A stretch of 64,000 nucleotides of DNA from Planctomycetota bacterium (GTDB taxonomy: Bacteria > Planctomycetota > PLA2 > JAEUHO01), in NCBI GenBank assembly GCA_965222115.1, contig CBDCTJ010000007.1, positions 1,856,001-1,920,000 on the forward strand. The letters run 5' to 3'. Below the pieces are notes generated by a model. That model made no database searches. It was given only the letters and a program-made list of their open reading frames with translations, and had not been told where the DNA came from. Within the stretch, counting starts at the first letter, position 1; every line of letters starts with the position of its first letter. Positions 37,763 to 49,208 of the stretch are shown here, in pieces. A program made the translations under genes and the position numbers.

Positions 37763-39082
37763 TCAGTCGAAGATGACGAAATAGCGCAGCGTCTCGGGCT
37801 TCTTGTCGGCGGTGGCGATGCCGGAGATCGTGATGTAGCAGGCCGATCCGCGACGTGTATCCACGAGACGCGGGAGGAAGCGAATCGCCCGAAGATGAGG
37901 GTGAGTCCCCGGATGCCATGCGTGTACGCGGTCCACGACGACGTTTTCACCCAGGTGTAGGTGTCTGGCCGACTTGGGGGCATGTTTAAACACCACGGCC
38001 GTCACGCTCAGGGCGTCGGGATCCAGGGGCGCAAAGCGCTTGGCGCATAGAAACACACTCCAGAGCGCGTTGCGGGTGAAGTGTGTGCGTAAGTTTTGCC
38101 CGCGCGGGGGCCAGTAGATGGCGCTCGGTGTTGGGGTCGCCCCCTCGTTCTTGCCCGCTTCGTTCTTACCCTCCTCAGCAAGGGTTCGAAGCGATACGAA
38201 CGGTCCGGCCTTGGCGATGGCGGCACTTGTCGCCAGCGGGTCCAGGCAGACCAAGCGCGAACGTAATGTTTCATCACCCTTCGAGGCCACCATGCGATCC
38301 ACGCTAAACCACAGCGGCAGACCGCGACCCCGGTGGGCGGGAAACGAGGTGATGCTTGGACCGTCGGTGTGGGCCGGTGTGTCCATTGCCGAGGTACGGA
38401 TCGCTTCCAGCGCCGACGTTACGTCCTTGGGCGCTGCCGATTCAATGGTCGGCGTGGCCGACGCATCGGGGATGGCGTCGAGCTCTTTACATAGCGAAGC
38501 CGCTTGCATGGCCACCGTCGCAGCCGCGTCACTCCATCGAAGTCGAAAGGGCACACCCGCCATCGCGCGGTATCCCTGAAGGCGCGAGATCGCCTGTTGC
38601 CCGTCGCTCGCATGGCTTCGCTTTCGATACGGGTCGCGCGCGCGGTTGAGCATGCGCAGGAGTCCATCGCGCGACTCGGGTTGCAGCAGCAGGCCGTCGA
38701 TCCAGGTCTCTTCGATTTCCGTCAATGCATCGGGGCGTTTCCATACGCGACCCGTAAACACGTCGTCTTCGTATTGCCCGTCGCGCGTGGGCATTCCGTC
38801 TTGATCCCACTCTTTCCAGACACCGTGCTTCTTGCCCGAGTTGTAGCTCCCTTTGATGGCGGCGGTGCCATTCGCATGCCAAGAAAGATAGGCACCTTCG
38901 TAGCCGTGTTCACTTTCGTCGTACTGGCGTTTGATTTGACCGCTGGGGTAGCGCTCAACCTTGGCATCGGACGTCAAGTCCAGCGTTTCCGATCCAGCGG
39001 TACCCGAGATCAACAACACCAAGAGGCACGCGAAGCCACACGTCGACATCGCGCTTTTGATCGATAGCCATGCGTAGGTCAA
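37763..39082 (-). CDS. secreted hypothetical protein with MORN-variant repeats and a CAP-like domain
   Basis: EGAYLSWHANG...GSY..GKKHGVWKEWDQDG repeats; AISRLQGYRAMAGVP. Confidence 0.6.
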   Translation of the reverse strand: MTYAWLSIKSAMSTCGFACLLVLLISGTAGSETLDLTSDAKVERYPSGQIKRQYDESEHGYEGAYLSWHANGTAAIKGSYNSGKKHGVWKEWDQDGMPTRDGQYEDDVFTGRVWKRPDALTEIEETWIDGLLLQPESRDGLLRMLNRARDPYRKRSHASDGQQAISRLQGYRAMAGVPFRLRWSDAAATVAMQAASLCKELDAIPDASATPTIESAAPKDVTSALEAIRTSAMDTPAHTDGPSITSFPAHRGRGLPLWFSVDRMVASKGDETLRSRLVCLDPLATSAAIAKAGPFVSLRTLAEEGKNEAGKNEGATPTPSAIYWPPRGQNLRTHFTRNALWSVFLCAKRFAPLDPDALSVTAVVFKHAPKSARHLHLGENVVVDRVHAWHPGTHPHLRAIRFLPRLVDTRRGSACYITISGIATADKKPETLRYFVIFD

Positions 39083-39250
39083 AATGGGGCCCTTCGTACG
39101 CGGGTATCGCCCGCAGTCCGTGTTTCGCGCCTCGGTACGGACACCTCTCTGTCGAACAGATCGCCGCCGTTTGTGAGGCGTTTGTCGGAATCGACCGCGG
39201 GTCCATCAATTGAGTGGATTTTCGCCCTCGAAGGGCCGCTAATTCAGTGT

Positions 39251-40186
39251 GTGACCCTACGCGTACCCACCACACCCCTCGGCGTGCTCGATGCATGGCT
39301 CGACCACATGCGCGTGGAACGCGGTGCATCGCGCCATACGATTTTTGCGTATCGTCGCGATGTCTTGGATGTGCTTCGCGCCGTGGGCATCCATGGGACA
39401 AAGCTCGAACGCGATCAGGCGTTGCAAGGCATCCGCTCGTCTCAGATCGCAACGTGGATGCGAGGCGAGCGGACACGCGGTGCCGCACCAAGTTCCAGCA
39501 CGCGCCGTCTTTCGTCCTTTCGTGGGTATATGCGCTTTGCGTTGTCGCTTGGCGTGGCAGCGAGTGATCCCACCGATGGCATTCGCGTGCCCGCTATGTG
39601 GAAGCGACTTCCCAAGTCGTGGAGCAAAGCACAGGTCGACGCGCTCTTGGCTACTGCCAACGACACGACGCCGCTTGGCATGCGCGATCGCGCCATGGTG
39701 GAAGTGCTTTACGCGTGCGGGGCGCGCGTTCAAGAACTGTGCGATGTTGCCGTGGACGATGTGCGCTTGAACGACGGTGTGGCGCGCTTCGTTGGAAAAG
39801 GTGGTAAGGAACGCTGGGTGCCACTCGGTGAACCGGCCGCCAATGCCATTCGCGACTACCTCGAACACGTGCGCCCGGACCTTGTGGTTAAGTCGCGCAA
39901 CAGGTCTTCGCGTCAACTGTTTCTGTCCAAGTCGGGCCGCGCACTCGATCGCCACATGGTGTTTCGCATGATTCGTACGCGGGCCCTCAAGGCCGGATTG
40001 GACGCCTCCATCAGTCCCCACACCCTGCGCCATTCGTTTGCAACCCACCTACTCGAGGGCGGTGCGGATCTCCGCGTCGTGCAGGAACTTCTCGGCCACG
40101 CCAATGTTCAGACGACCGAGATCTACACGCATGTGGACCGCGAGAAGCTCAAACGGGTTCATCGTCGCTTCCATCCACGGGCGTAA
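39251..40186 (+). CDS. xerD: tyrosine recombinase XerD
   Basis: RDRAMVEVLYACGARVQEL, GKGGKER, SPHTLRHSFATHLL.GGADLRVVQELLGH...TTEIYTHV...HPRA. Confidence 0.88.
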   Translation: MTLRVPTTPLGVLDAWLDHMRVERGASRHTIFAYRRDVLDVLRAVGIHGTKLERDQALQGIRSSQIATWMRGERTRGAAPSSSTRRLSSFRGYMRFALSLGVAASDPTDGIRVPAMWKRLPKSWSKAQVDALLATANDTTPLGMRDRAMVEVLYACGARVQELCDVAVDDVRLNDGVARFVGKGGKERWVPLGEPAANAIRDYLEHVRPDLVVKSRNRSSRQLFLSKSGRALDRHMVFRMIRTRALKAGLDASISPHTLRHSFATHLLEGGADLRVVQELLGHANVQTTEIYTHVDREKLKRVHRRFHPRA

Positions 40187-40271
40187 CCGTCCGTAGACGC
40201 GGAAGTTTGCCGGAAAAGTACAACGCCCTACGGTGCGGCGCGTACCATCCGCCTTTCGCCAGGAGACCCGC

Positions 40272-40886
40272 GTGGACCCCAGTCCTTCCCCAGCCACGAC
40301 CACGGCCGCACCTGCCCCGCAGACTAGCGTGGCGCAGCTAAATGCAGGCTCGACGAAGTCGCTCAAACTGTGGGGGCTGGGCATCATCATTGTTGGCCTG
40401 ATCGCAGATCTATGGTCCAAGGCCTACTTTGAGAAGCTCCTGGGTATGAACGTTGAGACGGGTCTATCGGCGCGTCGCATTCAAGTCATCGACGGCTTCT
40501 TCGCGTGGGAAGGTGTTTACAACCCCGGCATTACGTTCGGGCTTGCCGCACACCAAACGGTGCTCATTTTGGCGCTTACCGGACTTGCCACCGTGGGCCT
40601 GTTCATTTGGTTCCTTGCCACCCAGCGTCCGAGTCGTTGTCTACACATCGGTCTTGCCATGATCATTGGGGGCGCGCTTGGCAATCTCTACGATCGCTTT
40701 CATTGGCACAAGGTGCGCGACTTTATCAGTTTCTATATCGGTGAACATCGCTGGCCCAACTTCAACGTGGCCGACATGCTCATCGTCGTGGGGGTGGGAT
40801 TGATCATGTGGGATGCGCTGTTTGGTCATGGCGCAAAAGTGGCGCGAGCGCAGACCGAAGCCGCGCGCCGCGCCAAGAAGGCGTAG
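40272..40886 (+). CDS. lspA: lipoprotein signal peptidase II
   Basis: NPGITFG, GALGNLYDR, VRDFI, WPNFNVAD; AGGAG RBS. Confidence 0.95.
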   Translation: MDPSPSPATTTAAPAPQTSVAQLNAGSTKSLKLWGLGIIIVGLIADLWSKAYFEKLLGMNVETGLSARRIQVIDGFFAWEGVYNPGITFGLAAHQTVLILALTGLATVGLFIWFLATQRPSRCLHIGLAMIIGGALGNLYDRFHWHKVRDFISFYIGEHRWPNFNVADMLIVVGVGLIMWDALFGHGAKVARAQTEAARRAKKA

Positions 40887-40892
40887 ATCGCT

Positions 40893-41858
40893 ATGGGTGG
40901 CGTCGCGCCCGAACCGTTGCCCGAACCCAAAGGGCCTATCGACCTTTCGTTTCGCATTGGCAATACCGTCTTTCCCAATCCCGTGGGGACGGGCTCGGGT
41001 ACTTTTGGAAAGGGGCTTGAGTTTCGCTCGTTCTTTGACGTGTCGCGACTTGGGTGTGTCGTTGTAAAAACGATTACGACGGAGCCACGCGCCGGTAATC
41101 CGCCGCCGCGTTTGCACGAAACGCCGGCCGGGATGCTTAACTCCATTGGGCTTGCCAACGAAGGCGTCGACAGCTATATCGTCAACCGACTGCCGCTCTT
41201 GCGCGAGTTGGGCGCACCGCTCGTAATAAACATTGCAGGCCACAGCGTTGAGGACTTTGGCTATCTCGCCAAGCGATTTGCGGCCGAGCCCGGCATCGCC
41301 GCACTCGAACTAAACATGTCGTGTCCCAACGTGTCGAAGGGGCTCGATTTTTCGACCAATGAGGATGTGGCACGGCGCGTGGTTCAGGCCGTTCGAAACG
41401 AAACCGACCTTCCGCTCATCGCGAAGCTCAGTCCCAACGTGACCGACATTCGACCGATTGCCGAGGCGGCGGTGTATGGCGGCGCGGACGCGATCTCGGC
41501 CATCAATACGTTGGTGGGCATGGCCATCGATTGGCGCAAACAGAAAGCGCTGCTCGGTCGTGGCGTGGGGGGGCTCAGCGGTCCGTGCATTAAGCCCGTG
41601 GCGCTCCGCATTGTTCGTCAACTCTACGAGACGGTGGACGTTCCAATCATTGGTATCGGGGGTATCGAGAATGCCGACGACGCAATGGAGTTCATCGTAG
41701 CGGGCGCGAGTGGTATCCAAGTGGGGACGGCCAACTTCTACAACCCGCGGGCCACCATCGACATTCTTGAGGGTCTTCCCGCGCGGATCGCGGCCCTCGG
41801 CAAGGCCAGTCTGCGCGAGGTGGTGGGCAGCCTCAACTGGACGCTCTATCCCGCATAA
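40893..41858 (+). CDS. pyrD: dihydroorotate dehydrogenase (class 1B catalytic subunit)
   Basis: SGTFG, GNPPPR, MLNSIGL.N, NMSCPN, KLSPNVTD, GGLSG..IKP. Confidence 0.95.
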   Translation: MGGVAPEPLPEPKGPIDLSFRIGNTVFPNPVGTGSGTFGKGLEFRSFFDVSRLGCVVVKTITTEPRAGNPPPRLHETPAGMLNSIGLANEGVDSYIVNRLPLLRELGAPLVINIAGHSVEDFGYLAKRFAAEPGIAALELNMSCPNVSKGLDFSTNEDVARRVVQAVRNETDLPLIAKLSPNVTDIRPIAEAAVYGGADAISAINTLVGMAIDWRKQKALLGRGVGGLSGPCIKPVALRIVRQLYETVDVPIIGIGGIENADDAMEFIVAGASGIQVGTANFYNPRATIDILEGLPARIAALGKASLREVVGSLNWTLYPA

Positions 41859-42062
41859 CGCCGGAGCGTCCAGCAGCGCCCCAGAGATGGCCCTCGCATT
41901 GGATTAGGGATCTCGCGGGTATTCGAAATGGTCGATGCCGGGTGTCCGCGTTACCTTCTCCCAACTATGGGCTTCTTCCGCCGCACATTCTCGCCGATTG
42001 CGCGTTTTTTGCGGTGGGCTTGGCCTGGTAGGCGGCGCAAATCCGGAGCAAATCAAGAACCG

Positions 42063-44645
42063 ATGATTACCAAGGCGATCAACAAAGTGTTCGGCTCCCG
42101 CAACGACCGCGTCATCAAGTCGGCGCTAACCATTATCGAGAAAGTCAATCGCCTTGAGCCCGACATGCAGGCGCTGTCGGATGCGGACTTGAAGGGCAAG
42201 ACCAAGGAGTTTCGAGATCGTCTGGAGCGCGACGAAACGCTCGATGACTTGCTACCCGAGGCGTTTGCGGCGGTGCGCGAATCGGCCAAGCGCACCCTCG
42301 GCATGCGCCACTTCGATGTGCAGATTCTTGGCGGTTGGTGTCTCCATACGGGGTCGATCGCCGAGATGGTTACGGGCGAGGGTAAGACGCTCGTGGCAAC
42401 GTTGGCCGTGTATCTAAATGCGTTGCGCGGCACGGGCGTACACCTCGTCACAGTCAATGACTATCTCGCCAAGCGCGACGCCATTGGCGTGCGACCGATT
42501 TACGAAGCGCTGGACATGACGGTGGGTTTTATTCAGGCCAACATGCATGCCCACGATCGCATTCCCGCCTACGAGTGCGACGTCACCTACGGCACCAACA
42601 GTGAGTTCGGCTTTGACTACTTGCGCGACAATATGAAGGTCGACAAGGAGCTCAAAGCACAGCGCGAACTCAAGTATGCGGTGATCGACGAGGTGGACTC
42701 GATTCTGATCGATGAGGCGCGAACGCCGCTGATCATTAGCGGTCCTGCCGAAGACGATCGCGTGGATTACCAGGAGGCCGACGAAGTTGTGCGTAAGCTC
42801 CGTCGCGACGTCGACTTCGAAGTTAACGAAAAAGATCAACGCTGCGATATCACCGAAGAAGGTGAAGACCGCGCCCAAGAGCTTGCCGGCCTCGACTTTG
42901 ATGACGCAGCCAACTCTCACTGGCGTCACTTGCTGTCGCAGGCCTTGCGGGCGCACTACATCTACAAGCTCGACAAGGATTACGTCGTCAAGGACGGCGA
43001 GATCATCATTGTCGATGAATTCACCGGTCGTTTGATGGATGGTCGGCGATGGTCGGACGGGCTTCACCAGGCCGTGGAGGCCAAGGAGCGACTCAAGCCG
43101 CGCCCCGAAAACCAAACACTCGCAACCATTACGTACCAGAACTTCTTCAAGCTCTACGACAAGCTCGCGGGTATGACGGGTACGGCGCTTACCGAAGCGG
43201 GTGAGTTTTGGCAGATCTATAAGCTCGACGTCGTGAGCATTCCCACCAATCGCCCGCTGATTCGTATTGAGGGCGACGATCAAATTTACGCGACGGAGAA
43301 GGACAAGTTTGGCGCGGTCGTGGATGAGATCGTGCGCGTCAATCACACAGGACGTCCCATCCTTGTGGGTACGACCAGTATTGAAAAGAGCGAGCGCGTT
43401 GCGGGCATGCTTGGTCGTCGCGGCGTGGATCACGTCGTCCTCAATGCAAAGCACCACGAACGTGAGGCTGCCATTGTGGCTGCCGCCGGTCAGCAGAATG
43501 CCGTGACCATAGCCACGAACATGGCGGGTCGTGGTACCGACATTGTGCTTGGGGATGGTGTGATCGATCGAGGCGGTCTGCACATCATTGGTACTGAGCG
43601 CCACGAGTCGCGACGGGTAGACAATCAGTTGCGCGGTCGTGCCGGTCGTCAGGGTGACCCGGGCTCCAGTCAGTTCTTCTTGAGTCTCGAAGACGATTTG
43701 ATGCGGATTTTCGCGCCCGATTGGGTCGCTAAGATCCTTCAACGCATGGGCCTCAAAGACGGCGAGGCCATCCAACACAAGATGGTGACCAATGCCATCA
43801 CGCGCGCACAAAAGAAAGTCGAAAACCGCAACTTTGAGATTCGCAAGAATCTTCTCGAATACGACGAAGTCATGGACATCCAGCGCAAGGAAGTCTATGG
43901 CATGCGCGACATTCTTTTGGATGAGGACTACGACGAACAGTGCGCCATTATTGAGTCGTTTATTGAGCACGTGGTCAATCAAGAGACGGAGATGGCGTTT
44001 GGCGCCAACACCGCGGCGGGCGAACGCGATCCCGAGAGTCTCGCACGCTGGTTCCGGCGTCACTTCGGGGTAAGTGTTGAGGCGTCGTCCCTTGACACCA
44101 ACGACGTGGAGGAGTCCGCAGAAACGTTGATCGAAACCGCTGTACAAGCGTGGAAGAAGCGCGAAGACGAGATGGGCGAACGCGAGATGCGCGCCCTTGA
44201 GCGCCTGCTCATGCTCGATGCCATCGATTCACGCTGGAAAGACCACCTCCATGCCATGGATAGCCTCAAGACTGGAATTGGTCTGCGCGGGTACGGTCAG
44301 GTGGATCCAAAGATCGCCTACAAGATCGAAGGACACCGCATGTTTCGTGACATGCTGCAAGGCATTCGCGAAGAGGTGACCGACAATCTGCTGAAGGTGC
44401 GCTTTAGTCAAGAGGCTGAAGAACAACTTGCCGAGCGCTGGGCCAATGCGCAGGAAAACGAAATGCCCGATGCGACGACGGGCGTGATGGGGGGGCAACA
44501 CGCCGGTCGTGACGGGGCGCCCATTGGCTCTACCCCGGACGCGGCACCAGAACCCATTCGACGCGACACGCCCAAGGTTGGGCGCAATGACCCGTGTCCG
44601 TGCGGTTCCGGCAAGAAGTACAAGAAGTGCCATGGGGCGGCCTAG
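42063..44645 (+). CDS. secA: preprotein translocase ATPase SecA (alternative start at 41967)
   Basis: [68 protein letters not shown]. Confidence 0.98.
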   Translation: MITKAINKVFGSRNDRVIKSALTIIEKVNRLEPDMQALSDADLKGKTKEFRDRLERDETLDDLLPEAFAAVRESAKRTLGMRHFDVQILGGWCLHTGSIAEMVTGEGKTLVATLAVYLNALRGTGVHLVTVNDYLAKRDAIGVRPIYEALDMTVGFIQANMHAHDRIPAYECDVTYGTNSEFGFDYLRDNMKVDKELKAQRELKYAVIDEVDSILIDEARTPLIISGPAEDDRVDYQEADEVVRKLRRDVDFEVNEKDQRCDITEEGEDRAQELAGLDFDDAANSHWRHLLSQALRAHYIYKLDKDYVVKDGEIIIVDEFTGRLMDGRRWSDGLHQAVEAKERLKPRPENQTLATITYQNFFKLYDKLAGMTGTALTEAGEFWQIYKLDVVSIPTNRPLIRIEGDDQIYATEKDKFGAVVDEIVRVNHTGRPILVGTTSIEKSERVAGMLGRRGVDHVVLNAKHHEREAAIVAAAGQQNAVTIATNMAGRGTDIVLGDGVIDRGGLHIIGTERHESRRVDNQLRGRAGRQGDPGSSQFFLSLEDDLMRIFAPDWVAKILQRMGLKDGEAIQHKMVTNAITRAQKKVENRNFEIRKNLLEYDEVMDIQRKEVYGMRDILLDEDYDEQCAIIESFIEHVVNQETEMAFGANTAAGERDPESLARWFRRHFGVSVEASSLDTNDVEESAETLIETAVQAWKKREDEMGEREMRALERLLMLDAIDSRWKDHLHAMDSLKTGIGLRGYGQVDPKIAYKIEGHRMFRDMLQGIREEVTDNLLKVRFSQEAEEQLAERWANAQENEMPDATTGVMGGQHAGRDGAPIGSTPDAAPEPIRRDTPKVGRNDPCPCGSGKKYKKCHGAA

Positions 44646-44745
44646 TCGAAGTCGGTTGAAGACCCAATCGATGGCACCCTCGCGCCGTTTCGGTAGGTTT
44701 CGCGAACGTGACGGCGCGGTGCCGACACGCGTGCTGCACTGGGGC

Positions 44746-46094
44746 ATGGACGCGGTTTACATTGGACTTGCGAGCGCACTGCCCGTCTACGCGGCCACGC
44801 GCATGGTGAGTGACGCCAAGACGCGCGCGCGGTGGGGGGCTTATGTTCGCGACATCCCTGCGCGTTTCGGTAGACGATTGCCACGTCAACGTGAGCGCCC
44901 GGGAATCTGGATCCACGGCGTATCGGTGGGGGAGGTCAAGGCGGCAGCGCGGTTGATCGAAGAAATCGAACGCCGCGTGCCGAACGTTGAGGTCGTGATT
45001 TCTGTCACCACCGACACGGGCAATCGCGTGGCGCGCAAACGTTATCCCCACCATCGGATTGAGTTTTACCCGCCCGACATCTCATGGATCGTGCGCGACA
45101 GCCTGCGCGCGCTGCGACCCGATCTCGTGATTCTTGTGGAGAGCGAGTTTTGGCCCAACTTTCTCTGTGCCGCCAACGACCAAGACATTCCGGTGGTGCT
45201 CGTCAATGGGCGCATGAGCGAACGTTCGGCGCGGCGCTTTAAGAGCCTGAGCGCGTTTTTCACGACCCATGCTCCAAAGCCTGCATCATGTGTTTGCTCA
45301 ACTTCCGGCCTACGCGGATCGCTTCGAAGCCTTGGGGGTACCCAAGTCACAAATCTCGGTTACCGGCAATATGAAGTTCGACAACATTCCCTTTGGCCAA
45401 GACGACGGTCGGCGGGCGTACTTCAATCACTTGCTGGCCATCGCCGACGGCGAGCCCACGATTGTGGCCGGGAGCACACATCCTGGTGAGGAGCGAGCGT
45501 TGGCTCGCCTTCACCGTCGTCTCAATGAAGCCGGGCATGCCCATCGAGTGATTGTGGCCCCACGTCATCCCGCGCGACGTGAGTCGGTCGAAGCCGACAT
45601 TCGGCGCGAAGGCGTTTCATCGTCGCGTCGCAGTGAAGTTGCTGAGGGACAGCAAGTATCCGGCTCGTTTGTGTTGTTGGATACGGTGGGTGAGTTGGAA
45701 CAGGTATATGGACTCGCCGATATCGTCTTCGTCGGTGGAACACTGGTGCCCCACGGTGGGCAAAATGTGATGGAGCCCGCGAGTTTGGGCAAGCCCGTCA
45801 TTGTGGGACCGCACGTTGGCAACTTCCGCGGTGAAGTCGCGATGTTGGTGCAGGCCGGGGGGTGTGCGCGTCGTGCAAAATGAAGATGCGCTTTTCACGG
45901 TGTTGTCGGAGTGGCTCGCCGATTCAACCATTCCGCGCGACATGGGTCATGCCTCGCTGCGTGCGATTTCGGATAGCAAAGGCGCCACCGATCGAAATGT
46001 GGCTGGCATTGTGCCGTTACTCGATCAGCTAGCGGCTGCCTATCGCCCCGATGCGTTGTCACCTTCGGCGGTGGACGTGCGCGTCACGAGCTGA
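44746..46094 (+). CDS. waaA: Kdo transferase WaaA/KdtA, interrupted by two +1 homopolymer frameshifts (~45256 and ~45857)
   Basis: IWIHGVSVGE, ESEFWPN, NGRMS; then TGNMKFD, AGSTH.GE, PRHP, GGQNVMEPA; then GAT tail, in three successive frames. Confidence 0.85.
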
Positions 46095-48706
46095 ATCAAC
46101 GCGTCTGCTGTGGAGCCCTTCGTCACGTCGACCTGTGCACTTCCGCGTTTGCCACCGGGACCGCGTGCCGTGACGCGAATGCGTCCTACCGGCAGGCCCG
46201 TTCGCGTGACTTCTCCTTGTGCGTTCGTCATGTCGGGACGGCGACTGCGAACTACCGCGCCTTCGGCACGAAAGAGGCACACGGCGCCCGGCACGGGCTT
46301 ATTGGATTCGTCCACGACCCGCACGCGTGCGGCGCCCGACGGAAGCAGTGTCAACGTAAGCGGCGCCACCTCGCCTACCGTGACAAGAATGGTGGCTTGC
46401 GTGGGGGCGCCACCTCGTCCACGCACCAAAACGTCGTAGGGGCCGTCCGAGAGGTCATAGGCGAAAAACGCACCGTTGTTGTCGGTCGTGAGCTTGCGCG
46501 AACCAAGGTCCGAGCGAACCTCTACATCGGCGTCGGCCACCGACGCGCCCCCTGCATCGAGTACGCGTCCTTCGAGGGTTGCACGCTTGGTCAAGTCAAC
46601 CGTCAACGTGGCAACCTCATCGGGTGTCAGTGTGATGGACTCGCGTGCGCCTACGCCACTTGGCGTCGTCAAATCAACCAAGTAGCTCCCAGGTGGTACG
46701 TCCGAAAGCAATCCCTTTCCTGCGCGAACGACGATGCTCTGTTGGAATGCACGTTTACCGCGGTTCCTAGCAATGAGCGCTACGCGTAGTGGCCCGCGAT
46801 ACACATCGGATGCGTGTCGGATATCTAGCTCAAGCGATGCGCCCGAGGGCATGTCGAGTCGGACGTCGGTTGACAAGGTTGTGTCAACGGTTGCAGAGCG
46901 GCGACCGCCGAGATCGGCGCGTAGACGATAGTCACCGGGCGCGAGTCCCAGAATCGAGAACTCGCCATTTGCGTCGGTGATGGTGCGTCCACGTTGACGT
47001 GCGTCGCGATCTAATCCGGTAGCCGTAACGATTGCGCCAACTGCCGGCGAACCATTGCTTTGAAGCACACGTCCCGCCATTGGCGAACCTGTATCCACCG
47101 TGACGGTGCCCATGTTGAGTCCGTCGGTCGGAATTGTGATGGGCTCCGGCGACCAGAATGTTCCACCGGGCCAACGCGCGCTCACACGATAGGAACTGGC
47201 CGGAACTTGTTCGAGGCGCCACCAGCCCGCGTTGTCGGTCGCGGTACTCAGTGTTTGTAGTCCTTCTTCGTTCGCGAGCCGCAGTCGATCCGTTGCTGGT
47301 GTGCTGGGCGCACGTAGGAGGTCGCGCCAATTGGGTACAAGTCGAATCTGCGCACCCTGCAGCGGCTTGCCATCGGAGCCCACAAAGCGACCCGCAACGA
47401 CACCGCCTGAACGCAACGTGAGCGCGAGTGGATCTGGCGGGTTCGCATTCGGACGTAGCGCCAGCACGGCCATTGCACCCGTGGTTGGATCCTCCGCGGC
47501 GAGACACACACGGTGTCCAGGTAGGGGGTCGGGTGGGGGCGGCAGCACAAATTGCCCCTGCGCGTCGGTTACGGTCTCAATGTCTGGCGCGTTGGCAAGG
47601 CCCGGATTGCTGTAGCGAACAGGTATGCCAACCGCGGCATCGCCATTCATGCGATGCACGGAGCCCTTCCAGTCCTGTCCCGCTTCCAGAAAGATCGTTA
47701 CGTCTTTGGCTCCTGCGCCGCGGGTGCGTTTGGCATCGAGGGAAATCGCTTGAAGGCGCGGGCGAAAGCCGTTCGCGATGACATAGGCGAACACGCGATC
47801 TCGTTCGCTCCCAAGCGCGGGAGCGGAAAACCGTCCATGGGCATCGGTCGTGCCGGCCTCCACGCTGCGACCGTCTTTGGCGATCCATACACGTGCGTCG
47901 GCAATGGGCCGATCGTTTGTAGTGTCAACGACGAAGCCACTGATGGCCACGGCTCGATCCAGCACCATGGTGATGCGCGTTTCGCGGTCCGGATGTAGCG
48001 CGTTGATGCGTGCATTGGCGCGACCGACGTTTCGGAGTTCAGCATCGATTTGACAGGCACCGGGTGGTAGGTCTGCCCGCGATACGACGCCGTTCGCATC
48101 TGTAGCTGCTACAGCAACCAACTCGCCGCTTCGAATCGTTACACCCGCACCCGCGGCCGGCGCACCGTCAGGCAACACTACATCAATCGTCAAGTCACAT
48201 GCGCGCGCCATACGGATGGTTAGAAACGCGCCGCGTGACGCCGTACGTACGGCGGTGCGCGCAAACCCGCGATGGCTGGCCGTGACCCGCAACCACGTTT
48301 CACCGGGCACATCCACCTCGAAGCGACCGTCAACATCACACGACGCGTTGCCGACATCGGGCCCGTCGGGAAATTCGAATCCACGCACGCTTCGCGGGTC
48401 CATCGTGGCGACCACAACCTCTGCCGCGATGGGCGCTCCTGCCTCATCCGTCACTACGCCCCGCAACGTTTTCGCAAGCTGTACCTTCACTGTTCGCGCG
48501 TCTACATCGTCGGCATCGGTTCCGCCCCGCGTGTCCACATCCCCTTGCAGCGCCTCATTCGTCTCGTCTGTTTCCCCGCCACCATCGCCCTCGACGACCG
48601 TCTCCCCTTCACCGCCCCCCTCCGGCTCGCGCACCAACAACCAAATCACCCCAGCCGCCACCGCAGCCAACAGTCCCATCCAAATCCATCGCCGCCAATC
48701 ACTCAT
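46040..48706 (-). CDS. membrane-anchored carboxypeptidase-regulatory-like repeat protein
   Basis: N-terminal TM; repeated G.V.D..G.P..GA.V...TD..G.F....L.PG.Y units. Confidence 0.85.
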   Translation of the reverse strand: MSDWRRWIWMGLLAAVAAGVIWLLVREPEGGGEGETVVEGDGGGETDETNEALQGDVDTRGGTDADDVDARTVKVQLAKTLRGVVTDEAGAPIAAEVVVATMDPRSVRGFEFPDGPDVGNASCDVDGRFEVDVPGETWLRVTASHRGFARTAVRTASRGAFLTIRMARACDLTIDVVLPDGAPAAGAGVTIRSGELVAVAATDANGVVSRADLPPGACQIDAELRNVGRANARINALHPDRETRITMVLDRAVAISGFVVDTTNDRPIADARVWIAKDGRSVEAGTTDAHGRFSAPALGSERDRVFAYVIANGFRPRLQAISLDAKRTRGAGAKDVTIFLEAGQDWKGSVHRMNGDAAVGIPVRYSNPGLANAPDIETVTDAQGQFVLPPPPDPLPGHRVCLAAEDPTTGAMAVLALRPNANPPDPLALTLRSGGVVAGRFVGSDGKPLQGAQIRLVPNWRDLLRAPSTPATDRLRLANEEGLQTLSTATDNAGWWRLEQVPASSYRVSARWPGGTFWSPEPITIPTDGLNMGTVTVDTGSPMAGRVLQSNGSPAVGAIVTATGLDRDARQRGRTITDANGEFSILGLAPGDYRLRADLGGRRSATVDTTLSTDVRLDMPSGASLELDIRHASDVYRGPLRVALIARNRGKRAFQQSIVVRAGKGLLSDVPPGSYLVDLTTPSGVGARESITLTPDEVATLTVDLTKRATLEGRVLDAGGASVADADVEVRSDLGSRKLTTDNNGAFFAYDLSDGPYDVLVRGRGGAPTQATILVTVGEVAPLTLTLLPSGAARVRVVDESNKPVPGAVCLFRAEGAVVRSRRPDMTNAQGEVTRTGLPVGRIRVTARGPGGKRGSAQVDVTKGSTADALIQLVTRTSTAEGDNASGR

Positions 48707-48780
48707 ACGCGCCGAACAACCTCCAATGACTTGCCAAAACGAACTTCCATCCTACTCACCCTTCCCAGCGATCACACGTC

Positions 48781-48877
48781 GAACGTTCCACCACCAACCC
48801 GCACCAATTCCAAGCCGACATACCTTGAACGTCCCATCACCAACTCGCTCCCATTCCAATCCGACACGCCTTGAACG
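48781..48877. repeat. 46-bp imperfect tandem repeat x2
   Basis: gaacg at 48781, 48827 and 48873, with conserved caccaac...ttccaa.ccgaca..ccttgaacg. Confidence 0.75.
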
Positions 48878-49065
48878 CCCCGACTCCAAGAGGTACTCCT
48901 ACCCGAGTTCTTAAGATCGTCCGCTCGCAACCGGATCGTTGGGGCGAAGGGATTGTGCGCATGAGGAGGACGCCGCGTAGTCTTCTACGCAAGGACGACG
49001 AATGCGTGCAGGACCGAGCATCCAACGATCAGCACCCCCGCCCGAAACAGTAACCCACAAAACGT

Positions 49066-49155
49066 AAAAAGTCCCCGCGGAGTGGGCTCCTATGTCACCG
49101 TGTCACGCGACACGGTGTCCGGCACATAGGAGAACTTCCCATCATCCGCGGGGAC
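49066..49155 (-). terminator. long nested hairpin with U-tract (terminator-like) downstream of 49209..49622
   Basis: gtccccgcgga/tccgcggggac, ctcctatgt/acataggag and caccgtgtc/gacacggtg stems; A5 at 49066-49070. Confidence 0.7.
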
Positions 49156-49208
49156 AAAGTTGTTCTTCTCGGTTGACTGTTGATCCGACCGAGTATTTTC
49201 GTGTCGGT

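Noticed and set aside
37034-39082. TGA of 37763..39082 is in frame with the downstream transaldolase
   Set aside because: No Cys/redox context, and fsa has its own GGAGG RBS and ATG; in-frame adjacency is expected by chance.
39251-40186. Integrase of a mobile element
   Set aside because: XerD-type sequence in a housekeeping context (lspA, pyrD, secA), far from the tRNA.
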